This document shows positions 1 to 14,094 of a stretch of DNA of 64,000 bases, in pieces; positions within the stretch are counted from its first letter, which is position 1; each line of letters begins with the position of its first letter. The position numbers were made by a program, and so were the translations under genes. The notes beneath the pieces were generated by a model, which was not told the DNA's origin, did not search any database, and saw nothing but the letters and a program-made list of their open reading frames with translations. The stretch is from Octopus vulgaris (taxonomy: Eukaryota): assembly GCA_951406725.2 (NCBI GenBank), contig OX597830.1:8246001-8310000 (forward strand). Reading direction: 5' to 3'.

Positions 1-215
1 CAACTACATCAGTCCTTGTATTCAACTGGTACTTTATTTTATCGAACCTGAAACAATGAAAGGTAAAGTTGACTTCAGCAGAATTTGAACTCAGAACATA
101 AATGCAGACAAAATGCTGCTAAGCCTTATGTTTGACATGTTAATGATACTGCCAACTTATCACCTTAATAACAATAATAATAATCATAGTAATAATAATA
201 ACGATAATAATAATA

Positions 216-693
216 AATGAGAAAGCAACCATACTCTGGGATGGGCCAATACACACAGATAGAATAATTAAGGCCAATACGCTGGATATAGTTATCAGAG
301 ATCACCAAGAAAAACAAATGCTTTCTAATCGATGTATCAATACCAACAGAAGACAATGCTTCTCTAAAAGAAACAGAGAAACTTTCAAAATATAAAGATC
401 TGGAAATAGAGGTAACTCGAATGTGGAGTCTAAAAACAGAAGCAATTCCACAGTAGGTGCATTAGGCATGATAAAAAGAGACATTCAGAGAAATACATAA
501 CAAAAACACCAATGTTAACAAGTATATATAACATACAGAAAATAGCACTACTAGGCACCGTGCACATCCTATGTAAAAACACTTTCAATACAGTAAAAAT
601 AAGAGCATCACAACAAATCACAACACATATCCAAGGCACACAGAGCTGCGCTTGGTAGTGCAGTGGAAGCACATGATAAAAATAAGGCTACTG
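216..693 (+). mobile_element. 5'-truncated R4/Dong-type non-LTR retrotransposon (restriction-like endonuclease domain + 3' UTR)
   Basis: Frameshifted translation NEKATILWDGPIHTDRIIKANTLDIVIRD..CFLIDVSIPTEDNASLKETEKLSKYKDLEIEVTRMW..VGALG..IQKIALLGTVHIL fits the PD..D..K RLE of R4/Dong; (AAT)n on both sides. Confidence 0.85.
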
Positions 694-1062
694 AATAATA
701 ATAATAATAATAATTTAAAACATCTCATAATACTAAAAACCATATACAAACAGAGGGAAATATATATATAAACTTTCCGATTTGGAATAATCCGGAGTTT
801 ATTATCAAAATTCTTTTTGCAAAGGATATAGATAATAAGGTGGAACATATATAAGGGAGACAGAGGGATAATGTTGCACCTGTGTTTTGTGATAATTCTT
901 TGGAAAAGGAAACATTACTGTAGTGGGAATCTATAGGAAGCTTTTTCGGAGACAGCCCAGGTACCAATTTTTCAGGGAGGGCCTGGGTAAGGATCTCTTA
1001 CAGTGAGTTTATGCAAGGGTTTTTCAGAGAAGACCTAGATAAGGGCTTTTTAAAATGAGGCT

Positions 1063-1460
1063 ACTCTTTTACTTGTTTCAGTCATTTGACTGCGGCCATG
1101 CTGGAGCACCACCTTTAGTCGAGCAAATCGACCCCAAGACTTATTCTTTGTAAACCTAGTACTTATTCTATCGGTCTCTTTTGCCGAACCGCTAAGTTAC
1201 GGAGACATAAACACACCAGCATCGGTTGCCAAGCAATGTTGGGGGGACTAACACAGACGCACAAACATATACACACACACACACATATATATATATACAT
1301 ATATGCGACGGGCTTCTTTCAGTTTCCATGGACCAAATCCACTCATAAGGCTTTGGTTGGCCCTAGGCCATAGTAGAAGACACTTGCCCAAGATGCCACG
1401 CAGTGGGACTGAACCTGGAACCATGTGGTTGGTAAACAAGCTACTTACCACACAGCCTCC
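1063..1460 (-). mobile_element. tRNA-derived SINE, family A (head GGCTGTGTGGTAAG..GGTTCAGTCCCAC; tail ..ATGACTGAAACAAGTAAAAGA)
   Basis: A/B-box head, internal microsatellite; near-identical copies at 29745-30105, 33515-33905, 47100-47490 (minus) and 57488-57853 (plus). Confidence 0.85.
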
Positions 1461-1462
1461 CC

Positions 1463-1502
<40 letters not shown>

Positions 1503-1585
1503 GGTCCCGGGTTGATTCGGGGTTAACCACAGTAAGTAAGGTACTCAATACATAGCAGAGTAAAATTAATTTATTATATAGAAGG

Positions 1586-1636
1586 AGCTTCTACAGGACT
1601 AGTACTGTTTCATTCAAGAGAAATCTTCAGGAAGCT
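1586..1636 (-). ncRNA. Type I hammerhead ribozyme in PLE pseudo-LTR
   Basis: AGCUUC-CUGAAGA-UUUCUCUUGAAU-GAAA-CAG(UACUAGUC)CUG-UA-GAAGCU: 6-bp stem I, intact core, GUA cleavage triplet. Confidence 0.85.
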
Positions 1637-2006
1637 ATTTAACAAGAATTGTATTAGCATTTATACATTTAGGCAGGTTTAAAGGAGTGGTGGTGGGGGA
1701 CTTTTTGGGGGTAGGCATAGCGCAAAATATCATACTTGGGGGAGTGGTCAAGGAGTCAGTGGTAAGTTAGATGAAAGAATAGATAAATAAAAAAATAAAA
1801 AAATAAAAAAATAAAAAAATAAAAAATAAAAAAAATAAAAAAATAAAAAATATAAAAAATATATATAAAAAAATATATATATATATATAAAAAATATATA
1901 TAAAAAAAGGGGGGATAGAGTTATAGGTAAATAAGGAGATTCTCACTTATACCTATACACACATGTATACGTATCTACACACACATACATACATACACAT
2001 ATATAT

Positions 2007-2063
<57 letters not shown>

Positions 2064-2929
2064 CACACATACATACATATCTACATACACACATACATAC
2101 ACCCGCCCACATATACAAATTTATACACATGCACATGCCTATACCTGTCTACACATACACACACGTATATATGCATACACTCACTCCCATGCATGCACGC
2201 ATACACACATGTATATATATATATATATACACCCACGACCACACATACATATATACACATAAAAATATATATTCATACGCACATACACTCATGCACACAC
2301 AACACACCTAGTTCCCTATATACACATATTTACACCTATATATACATACACCCACATACACCTATGTACACATATATATATATAAACATATACACGCATA
2401 CATATATATACATGTGTGCACATACATACATACACACATATATACATACACATACACATACACATGTGTACCTATACATACCTACACATACACACATACA
2501 TACATACAAATATACATATACATATATATATATACAATCCAATACAGGCCCATTCCCTAATTTTAATTTTATTATCTTCATTTATTACTTTTGTTATCTT
2601 TGATCGCTAGGCTAAGAATCCTGGCAATGGCTGCATGTCCATTTGTCTGTCTACTAGAAGGCAAGTACTCATTCCCGCACGCACACTCATTAGCACGTAC
2701 ATTCACCCATTCGTACACTCATACACATACACGTACGCACGCGTTATATTCATACATACAAACATCTACATACGTTCACGTATATACACATACGTACTCG
2801 TACCTACAGATTCGTGTCTACACTTTAGGAGGCTAGTCTATACATATACACCAATAAATATACATATATATATATATACCACATATACATACACACACAC
2901 ACATATATACTCCTACATACAGATACATA

Positions 2930-2985
<56 letters not shown>

Positions 2986-3481
2986 CATACACATACACAC
3001 ATACATATACACACACATACATACACATATATATACATACACAAACATATATACACACATATATATATACATACACACATACACACATACATACGTATAC
3101 ATACATACATACATCCATACATCCATACTTACATGCATTTATACGCATACACACACCCATCTATATATATGTATATATATATATATATATATATAACACA
3201 CTCACACATACATATACAAATCTACGCACACACATACATACATACACGTATACGCATACACGCACATACACATATACATGCGTACCCATACACGTGCACA
3301 CACGCACGCGCATCCATATATATACACACACACACATATATATACACGTGTGCAAGCATACATACATACTCATACGCGCACACATACTTACATATACATA
3401 TATGCACACACTTACACACATATATATACATACACATATACATGCATACATACATATATGCATACATACACACACGCACTC

Positions 3482-3514
<33 letters not shown>

Positions 3515-3579
3515 CATATATATATACATATATATATATATATACACATACATACACATACACATACATACACACATAT

Positions 3580-3622
<43 letters not shown>

Positions 3623-4526
3623 TACATATATACACATATACATACATATACATACACACACACATACATATATACATATACACTGATACACATACCCATA
3701 CATACACATGCATATACTTATATCACTACATACTCACATATATAAACATATATACATATACACACATACATATATACATGTACATACACATACGTATGCA
3801 TATATATATATATATACATATATATACACATATATATATATATATATATACAACACACACACACACACATACATATACACATATACATGTATACATACGC
3901 AAAAATGATACACATATATACACATACACACACACAGACAGATGCATATACATACATATATATATATAAACTACATATCTATATAAATACATACATAATA
4001 CACATATACACACACATATATATACATTCATGCATATACATATACAAGTATACATACACATACATACACACACACGCGCACACATACATATACACACACA
4101 CATATACAAATACATACATACACACATACACACACACATATATATATATATATACATACATGTACACATATACATATGATATATATATCAACAAGGGAGG
4201 GTAAAGTTAATTAGTTATTAATCAATTTCATCAAGTGTTCAGTATGTAAAGGGACCATTATTATTTTGAGTAAACAATGTTAGAGGGAAAAAAATTCTCT
4301 AAGTAGTGGAAGAGGCTAAAAAACTTTATTGGCTGCTATTTCTAGAAAGTTTAGTATGTGGCAAAGTAATTTATTTTATTTTCCTAAGCCCTAATTATAT
4401 AATATTTTATACATACATACACATACATAAGCACATACATTTACACATACATATGCATATACATATATACACATATACATACAAACAAACACATATACAC
4501 ATATACACACACACACACATACAAGC

Positions 4527-4569
<43 letters not shown>

Positions 4570-4812
4570 AATATATATACATATATATTTTTACATGCAT
4601 ACATACACACACACACACATAATACATGCGTATATTCCTACTGTACCCATGCATTTCTATACATATATACATACATACGATACACATATACAAGCGTGCA
4701 CATATAATATGTGAAAGGTCTTAGGAGAAAAGGTAATCGGGGGTGCTAGGGGAACAGTGGGGTTGGGGGGGGTTGTAGGGGGGGTGTAGGGGTGTTGTAG
4801 GGGGGGTTGTCA

Positions 4813-5877
4813 TCAATCAGGTTGCCGGGTAGGTCTATAGTTCTTGTAGTTCGCATACTTCTTATGCATGCAATTTGGGGAGTGTTCTGAAAATTTGTTA
4901 AGGAGAGGGCCTTTGGCGAACAAGATCTCTAGGCTCTCTGATATGCATAGGTCACAGCAGGTATGTCCTCCTGTGTACGAGCGCGCCTTCTGTAGTAGTT
5001 TCCACTTGGTCTTGAAGGGGATTGAGTTCCTTTTAAGGTACCAGATGTGGGCGGCGAGGGTAGTTTGGTTGGATTTATCCTGTCGCCGGAACGAGTGTGT
5101 ATGTGCGTACCAGCGGGTCTTAAAGCTGTTTGACGTCATTCCAATGTAGGATTTACTTTTATCGTCAAGGCCTGATCTTACCTCGCATTTATATACTAGG
5201 TCCCTCTGTAGGCAGTTGTTGTTGAGGGGGCAGGTGGTTTTATCATGGCAGTTGCAATTGCTATCGGACGTTGGATGGGCCCCGGAGAAAGTAGATATGT
5301 TAAGTTTTTTCACATTGTTGTTGGCTAGGTTCCTGGCTAGGTTGGGCGTGGTAGAGTAGGAGAGTCTAATAGTGTTCTTATTTAGGATAGTGTAGTACTT
5401 ATGTTGGGTGGGGAAGTGTTTCTGTAGGAGAGTGAAAAAGATCTTAGCTACAGGTGTAGCGACCTCACGGTTGAAGGGGGGTTGTACCAGCTAATGTGTC
5501 TTCGTCTATTTTTCCTGGGTTGGCGTGGGGCTATACTAGTGTAGGTAATCTTATCTTTAAAACCACTGCGGGCCAGGGCCTCGTTGTAATAGGGGGCTGC
5601 GGCCTTAAAGATATCTTCCGTGGCGGACAGGCTAGAGATTCTAATTGAGACACTTTTTACTAGGTTATCTAATATATTTCTGGGGTGGTTGGAATTGATA
5701 TCTATATATCTAAGGGATTCATTTGGTTTGTGGTACGGGTAATAGTGTAGGTTGTATAGGTGACATCTAGGAAGTTAGCCTTAGTTAAGTTGGATTCTAG
5801 GGTAATCCTAAGGCCTAAGTTTTTAAAGAAGGTGTGAAGATTTTTCCGGAACCCATCCGTGGTCCTGGGGTTTATAT
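4813..5877 (-). pseudogene. Penelope-like ORF remnant: RT C-terminus + GIY-YIG endonuclease
   Basis: CNCHDKTTCPLNNNCL..LVYKCEV..SYIGMTSNSFKTRWYAHTHSF..CDLCISE..LLNK..CMHKK; about three frameshifts in the upstream RT part. Confidence 0.9.
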
Positions 5878-6244
5878 TGTGTATGTATGTGCACACATGT
5901 ATATATATGTATGCGTGTATATGTTTATATATATATATGTGTACATAGGTGTATGTGGGTGTATGTATATATAGGTGTAAATATGTGTATATAGGGAACT
6001 AGGTGTGTTGTGTGTGCATGAGTGTATGTGCGTATGAATATATATTTTTATGTGTATATATGTATGTGTGGTCGTGGGTATATATATATATATATACATG
6101 TGTGTATGCGTGCATGCATGGGAGTGAGTGTATGCATATATACGTGTGTGTATGTGTAGACAGGTATAGGCATGTGCATGTGTATAAATTTGTATATGTG
6201 GGCGGGTGTATGTATGTGTGTATGTAGATATGTATGTATGTGTG

Positions 6245-6301
<57 letters not shown>

Positions 6302-6669
6302 ATATATATGTGTATGCATGTATGTGTGTGTAGATACGTATACATGTGTGTATAGGTATAAGTGAGAATCTCCTTATTTACCTATAACTCTATCCCCCCT
6401 TTTTTTATATATATATTTTTTATATATATATTTTTATATATATATTTTTATATATATTTTTTTATTTTTTATTTTTTTTTTTTTTTTTATTTTTTATTTT
6501 TTATTTTTTTATTTTTTTATTTATCTATTCTTTCATCTAACTTACCACTGACTCCTTGACCACTCCCCCAAGTATGATATTTTGCGCTATGCCTACCCCC
6601 AAAAGTCCCCCACCACCACTCCTTTAAACCTGCCTAAATGTATAAATGCTAATACAATTCTTGTTAAAT

Positions 6670-6720
6670 AGCTTCCTGAAGATTTCTCTTGAATGAAACA
6701 GTACTAGTCCTGTAGAAGCT
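6670..6720 (+). ncRNA. Type I hammerhead ribozyme in the inverted pseudo-LTR copy
   Basis: Exact reverse complement of 1586-1636. Confidence 0.85.
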
Positions 6721-6731
6721 CCTTCTATATA

Positions 6732-6767
<36 letters not shown>

Positions 6768-6770
6768 ATG

Positions 6771-6804
<34 letters not shown>

Positions 6805-8279
6805 TGTATGTATGTGTGTGTGTGTGTATGTATGTATGTATTTGTCTTAAGCTCTTTGGGAAAAAGATGTGGTTTTGGTTTGCTGTGATGTAATCAAATA
6901 CCATTCTTGGATTGGTTAATAACGAATTCCAAAAGCTTCAGGTGACACATGCAAAAGTTTCACTTAATGACATTTTGTTGAAGGTTTAGAAAAAAGCCAT
7001 AATTGAATCAGACTCGAGATTCTGTGATTCTGAGTTGGCAAGCGAATGAGAGTTCTTCAAATATTTTGGTGCAAAGCCAGATAGAAGTTAGGTAATTAAC
7101 ACAAGATTCTTGAAGTTAAAATGAAAGTTTTGTCCTTGCAGCTTTTGATTAGAAAGCTTTGGAAATAATTTTATAGAGAAAGTCAAAAATAAACTCACTA
7201 AAAAAAGGTAAAATGAAGTGTTTGAAAGATTTTGAAGGAATTTAAGCAATTAATTTCAGTCTTTTGTATTTTACATGTTTCAGCCATTAGACTAAGGCCA
7301 TGCTGGAGCATTGCCTTGAAGGATTTAGTCAAACAAATCAACAGCAAACACCAGTAGTTATTCTTTTAAGTCTTAAACTCATTCTGTTGATGTCTTTTGC
7401 CAAACTGCTATGTTGCAGGGATATAAACAAACCAACACTGGTTGTTATTTAGTGAGAAGGACAAATGGAAACATAAAGACACAAGTACATGCACACACAC
7501 TCACACACACTCACACACATTCACACACACACACAATCTTTTCTACTCTAGGCACAAGGCCTGAAATTTTGGGGGAGGGGAGCCAGTCAATTAGATCGAC
7601 CCCAGTACACAGCTGGTGCTTAATTTATCAACCCCGAAAGGATGAAAGGCAAAGTCGACCTCGGTGGAATTTGAACTCAGAACATAAAGACAGGCGAAAT
7701 ACTGTTAATCGTTTCGTCCAGTGTGCTAAGGTTTCTACCAGCTCATCACTTTACGCACAAATATATAATGGGCTTCCACACAGTTTCCATTGACCAAATT
7801 CATTCACAAGGCATTAGTCAGTCCAGGGTTATAACAGAAGACACTTGCCCAAGAAGCCACACAGTGGAATTGAACCTGAAACCATGTAGATTCCAAGTGA
7901 ATTTCTTAACCTCATAGCCACGCTTGCATCTACCACACAACAATACTGAGCAAAGGGAAGTAACTGTAATCGGCCAATGACACAGCTTGAGACGATAACT
8001 CAGGCAGATGTCGATAAAACTGAATGACAAATGCAAAACGTTCTTAATAAATTAAAATGTTTCATCTTAGTTGGAGAAAGAAGACAAAAACCTAGCGGCA
8101 TTCATTAGCAGCTTACGATGGTAAATGGAGATGACAATAATAATAATTAATTTTAACTATTTTCTTTTCATTTTCTTTCTTTTACTCATCATCTTTTTCT
8201 TTATTATTCCTCATCCTTTTTTTTTCTTCTTTGATACCACCTTCTTGATAATAACAATAACAACAACAATAACAATAAT

Positions 8280-8493
8280 AATCTTTTCTACTATAGACAC
8301 AAGGCCTGAAATTTGGGGGTGGGGGATAGTCGATTACATCGACCCCAGTACACAACTGGTACTTAATTTATCGACCCCGAAAGGATGAAAAGCAAAGTCG
8401 ACCTTGGCAGAATTTGAACTCAGAACATAAGGACAGACGAAATGCCATTAAGCTTTTCACTCAGCATGCTAACAATTCTGCCAGCACACCGCC

Positions 8494-8539
<46 letters not shown>

Positions 8540-8630
8540 TAATAATAACAATAATAATAACAATAATAATAATAATAATAATAATAATGATGATAATAAT
8601 AACAATAATAATAATGATGATAATAATAAC

Positions 8631-8668
<38 letters not shown>

Positions 8669-9231
8669 TAATAATAATAATAATAATAATAATGACAATG
8701 ATGATGATGATGATGATCCTTTCTGCTAAGGGCACAAGGCCTGAAATTTTGGGTGAGGGGGCTAGTCGATTACATCAACCCAGTGCGTAACTGGTACTTA
8801 TTTTATTGACCATGAAAGGATGAATGGCAAAGTCGACCTCAGTGGAATTTGAACTCAGAACATGAAGATGAACAAAACACCACTCAGCATATTTTCCAGC
8901 GTGTCAACAATTCTGCTAGCTTGCCGCCCAAATGATGATGATGCTGATGATGATAAAATTAATAACAACAACAACAACAACAATAATAATAATAATAATA
9001 ATAACAATAATAAAATAATAATGATGATTTCAAATTTTGTGCAGCAATTTTTGTGGAGAGGTGATGAGCCGATTCTTTGACCCCAGTATGAAACTAATAC
9101 TTATTTTATTGACCCCAGAAGGATGAAAAGCAATGTCAACCTCAGTGGAATTTGAACTCAGAACATAGCAATGAACAAAACGCCACTAAGCATTTTACCT
9201 GGGATGCTAACGATTCTGCCAGCTCGCCACC

Positions 9232-9235
<4 letters not shown>
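8280..9235 (-). mobile_element. Three family B tRNA-derived SINEs in (AAT)n
   Basis: Shared GGCG..GCTGGCAGAA head, GTTCTGAGTTCAAATTC B-box and GCCTTTCATCCTTTCGGGGTCGATAAA..AAGTACCAG core. Confidence 0.85.
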
Positions 9236-9266
<31 letters not shown>

Positions 9267-9395
9267 TAATAATAATTACTGAGATTGGTAGAGCATCACA
9301 ATATTAGTGGAAGAGAGAAAAAGAGAGAGAGAGATTACTTGTATTGATTTTATTTACCTCAGAAATATGAAATACAAAGTTAACCCTGGTATAGT

Positions 9396-9442
<47 letters not shown>

Positions 9443-10086
9443 TGATTTGACATAGGCACAACACTCCGGATATGGGGAAGAGAGGCTGCAGTTCAGTTCA
9501 ACTGCACCATCTTCTATGTTACTGATTCCTTAGTCAATCAACCCTGGAATGATGAAGGTTTATATATATATATATATGTATATATATGTATATATATATA
9601 GTCCAAATTTACAGAAAAACAATAGACGAAGACAGATGAGGGAACAACAAACAGGTGTACTAGTTTGATGCTCAGGAAGAATGGGAAAGTCTTTGATGTT
9701 CTGAGCCTATGCTCTTTGACAAATAGGGATGAGAGGGAAAAAATGGGGATAAAATAAGTAAAAAATAAAAAATCAAGAGGGAAAAACATTTTCAACAGCA
9801 TATACATACATGTCACATACATATGATATATATTTATATATATATATATATATATATTCTTTATTTGTTTCAGTCATTTGTTTGTGGCCATGCTGGAGCA
9901 CTGCCTTTAGTCGAACAAATCAACCCCAGGACTTATTCTTTGTAAGCCTAGTACTTATTCTATCGGTCTCTTTCACTGAACCGCTAACTTATGGGGGACA
10001 TAAACACACCAACATCAGTTGTCAGGCGATGGTGGGGGGGGGGGACAAACACAGGCGCACAAACATATACATACATATATATACAT

Positions 10087-10127
<41 letters not shown>

Positions 10128-10169
10128 AGATAGATAGATATACATATACATACATATATATATATATAT

Positions 10170-10208
<39 letters not shown>

Positions 10209-10215
10209 TACATAT

Positions 10216-10371
<156 letters not shown>

Positions 10372-10374
10372 TAG

Positions 10375-11091
10375 ATAGGCTTAAGAGACAGAATCACCCT
10401 CAAGCAACTCAATCATCATTGAATGACATTATCCACAATAGGTACATATAGGACTAAATATTAAAATTATCAAAATTAATACCTACAATTCTTATTCCAA
10501 ATTATCAAATTAATACCTTCAATTCTTACTACAAATAATATACTTTACATCATCTAGACTACGCGCGTTTCATGGCAACATATTACTTGATATTGCTGAA
10601 ATAGAATGTCTCTAAATACAATACCATATTAAAACGATTATATTGCCAATCTTCAGGTCTATCTTCTATGAACTTATTTTGCTATTTACATTGTATATTA
10701 AGACATGGCAAACTAAAATTATATAACTAGAAGTTGTTGGAATAATTTTACTTCAGTAAATAAAGAACAGAAATGTGGAATAAAAGTAGAAGAAATATTA
10801 GTAAAAGGAAATGTTAACTTATCTGTATGGTAATTTTCTCTCCATGAATTAAACATGGCTACAAGCAATTGTATAATCCAACTTTGAGAGCTACTTTGTA
10901 GGGGAGATAATTCTTATTAACATTTAAAAAACATGTCATTCAATGATGATTGAGTTGCTTGAAGGTGATTCTGTCTCTTAAACCTATTTATTTATATGTA
11001 TATAATACAGTAATTCATTTTAGTACCACTAAATTGAACTTCTCTCCCCTGTGGACTCGGAAATAACTTCCCGAATATTAATATTAATTAT

Positions 11092-11095
<4 letters not shown>
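10375..11095 (-). mobile_element. Non-autonomous Penelope-type relic with 55-bp inverted repeats and an internal HHR
   Basis: 10375-10429 is inverted at 10933-10987; microsatellite flanks; contains HHR 10555-10661. Confidence 0.7.
10555..10661 (-). ncRNA. Minimal hammerhead ribozyme with palindromic GCGC loop III and long loop II
   Basis: UAGAC-CUGAAGA-UUGGCAA-(~62 nt)-UUGCCAU-GAAAC-GCGC-GUA-GUCUA. Confidence 0.8.
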
Positions 11096-11142
<47 letters not shown>

Positions 11143-11639
11143 CATATATATATATATATACATATATATGTATGTGTATATATCATCATCATCTAGCGTC
11201 CGCTTTCCATGCTAGCATGAGTTGGACAGTTCAACTGGGGTCTGGGAGGCCAGAAGCCTGCACCAGGCCCAGTCTGATCTGGCAATGTTTCTATGGCTGG
11301 ATGCCCTTCCTAACACCAACCACTCTGTGAGTGTAGTGGGCGCTGATAGGTTTGGTCAGCCTGAGGCGAAAGTAGTACTTGTCCAAAGTGTCAAGCAGTG
11401 AGATTATGTGGCTGGTAAGCAAGCTACCTACTACACAGCCACTCCTGTGCATATTATATGCATATATATACATACATGCACACATGCATACATCTACATA
11501 CATATACATATGCACACATATACAAAAATTTGAAAGCAAAAGGTGTCTCTAGCAAGATTTTGAGGTGACATAACTAAATTATAACCATTTTCTCCTGAGA
11601 GTTACCGATTCTGATATTCTTCAATCTCAATAACAATCC

Positions 11640-13110
11640 TTTCTTCTACAAGGCCTGAAATTTTGGGGAAAGGGACTAATTGATTACATTGACACCCACC
11701 CCCCCACCCCCACTGGTTCTTATTTTATCAACCCCAAAAGGATGAAGGTCCAAGTCCACCTTGGTGGAATTCAAACTGATGAACATACAGATGGACAAAA
11801 TACTGCTATCTTGAATAACTGTTTCAAAATTAGGCACAGTACCAGTAATTTTGAGGGGAGGGGGAAGTCAATTACATCAACCCTTCCAGTGTTCAACTCA
11901 TATTTATTTAATTAAGCCTGAAAGCATGAAAGGCAAGGTTGACCTCAGCAGGATTTGAACTCAGAATGCAAAGGGCTGAAACAAATACCAAAAGGCATTT
12001 TTTTTCTGCTACTCAAACAATTCCGCTTATCCACTGCTCTTTACTACTACTACTACTACTACTACTACTAATAATAATAATAATAATAATAATTTCTACT
12101 AAGGGCACAAGGCCTGAAATTTTGGGTTAGGGGGCTAGTCGATTACATTGACCCCAGTGCGTAACTGGTACTTAAATTATCGACCCCGAAAGGATGAAAG
12201 GCAAAGTCGACCTCAGCAGAATTTGAACTCAGAACATAGCAGCAAACGAAATACTGCTAAGCATTTTGTCCAGCGTGCTAACAATTCTGCCAGCTCACTG
12301 CCTTAGTAATAGGCACAAGGCCTGAGACTTTGGGGGAGGAAGGTTATCAATTACATCAACCCCAGTGCATAACTGGTACTTATTTCATTGACCCTGAAAG
12401 GATGAAAGGCAAAGTCAACCTTGGCAGAGTTTGAACTCAGAATGTAAAGACAGACGAATAATAGTAATAATAATAATAGTTTCAAATTTTGGCTCAAGGC
12501 CAGCAATTTCAGGCGAAGTGGTTGATCAATTACATTGAACCCCAGTATTCAACTGGTACTTATTTTATGAATCCCAACAGGACGAAAGGCAAAGTCACCC
12601 CGGTGGAATTTGAACCTAGAATGTAAAACCAGGAGAAATCCCACAAAGAATTTTTGCTTGGCATGCTAAGGATTCTGCCAGCTGATCCCCTTAATAACCC
12701 TTTCTAGTAAAGGTACAAGGCCTGACATTTAGGGGGAGGAGATAAGCCAATTACATTGACCCCGAAAGGATGAAAGGCAAAGTCGACCTCAGTGGAATTT
12801 GAACTCAGAACATAGCGGCAGACAAAACCGCACGTCACTCGGCATGCTAACAATTCTGCCAGCTCATCGCCTTAATAATAATAATGATAATCCTTTCTAC
12901 TATAGGTACAAGGCCTGAAATTTGTGGGGAGGGGTTAAGTTGATTACATCGACCCTCAGTACTTAACTGGTACTTAATTTAATTGACCCCGAAAAAATGA
13001 AAAACAAAGGATAAGCCATGCTTGAATTTGAACTCAGAACGTAAAGGCAGATGCAATACTGCTAAGCATTTCGCCCGACATGCTAACGATTTAGCCAGCT
13101 CACCACCTTA
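11640..13110 (-). mobile_element. Head-to-tail array of about seven family B SINEs
   Basis: Repeated ~200-bp units separated by short (AAT)n, all one orientation. Confidence 0.85.
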
Positions 13111-14043
13111 ATAATAATAATGATAATAAAAAATATTCTATGAGATTAAACCCTGTAATTATAAAAGTATAAACGAGTAAGGGTAGATTATATTTGCAAC
13201 TAACTACCACTAATACTACTACAACCACTGCTACAACAGACAACAAAAAAGTAAGACCATTTGTTTGTGCTAATTCAACTCCAGTTTGAATACTAATAGA
13301 GATTTAATAATTTAAATATATTAATTCCAGTTTATTCCTGGCATGACTAATAAATTCGGCTCTGGCAGGAATTGAACTCAGAGATATGAGGCACTGAACT
13401 AAATATTATTGTCAAGAAACTAAGATAGCTCTCAACCATCTGTGCCAACAAACACACTACAGCTATACAATTAATAAACCCTCGTGTTTTAGACCAAGAA
13501 CCATTTCCATATAAAGTCACACACACACACACACACACACACTCTCTCCTCTTGGATATATTGCATCCATGAATTTCTTTCTGCTTTTAATGGAATCTCA
13601 AAACCCCATAAATCCCATATGACCCTTTCAGGCTTCCAGTGGCAAAGAGCTCAGACCATGCTCTTCCATTCATGCATATCTGATGATTGCTGGATTTGCC
13701 TCCCTATTTCTGGCATGAAACCATTTGGCAATTTGGTTACCATGAGACTATGATATTACATATATAATCCTTCCCAATTTTAGCAAAAAAACAGTTATTT
13801 TCAGTGGAGGGGTAAGTTGATGACATTGATCCCAGTGCATGACTGGTACTTATTTTCTTGACCCTGAAAGGATGAAAGGCAAAGTTGACATCAGCAGCGT
13901 TTGAACCCAGAACATAACAAACTAAGCATTTTCTCCTCTGTTACACAGAATGAGTGCTTGCTTTTGTCTAACTCATGGGATTCTGGACAATATATATACA
14001 TACATACATATATATATATATACATACATACATATATATATAT

Positions 14044-14094
<51 letters not shown>

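Larger units (their letters stand above)
1501..6737 (-). mobile_element. Penelope-like element, 5'-truncated, with inverted pseudo-LTR, inserted in (TA)n
   Basis: RT thumb/linker 5877-5314 (NFLDVT, YHKPN, SNHP, RRRHISWYNPP, KHFP, NKNTIRLSYS; frameshifted) plus GIY-YIG ORF; inverted repeats 1569-2430 and 5880-6737; (TA)n flanks. Confidence 0.92.

Noticed and set aside
730-1050. Possible L1/Tx1 ORF2 relic (FPIWNNPEF..DRGI)
   Set aside because: Two short motifs only; insufficient support.
1963-4707. Long ORFs rich in Y/I/H/T/C/V/M, e.g. 444 aa at 2635-3969; similar at 22036-22610, 40021-40710, 55392-55877, 60656-61475
   Set aside because: Translations of (TA)n/(CA)n microsatellites that lack stops by composition.
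8420-9080. Poly-N/I/L ORFs (also 44496-44704, 45877-46096)
   Set aside because: (AAT)n read-through.
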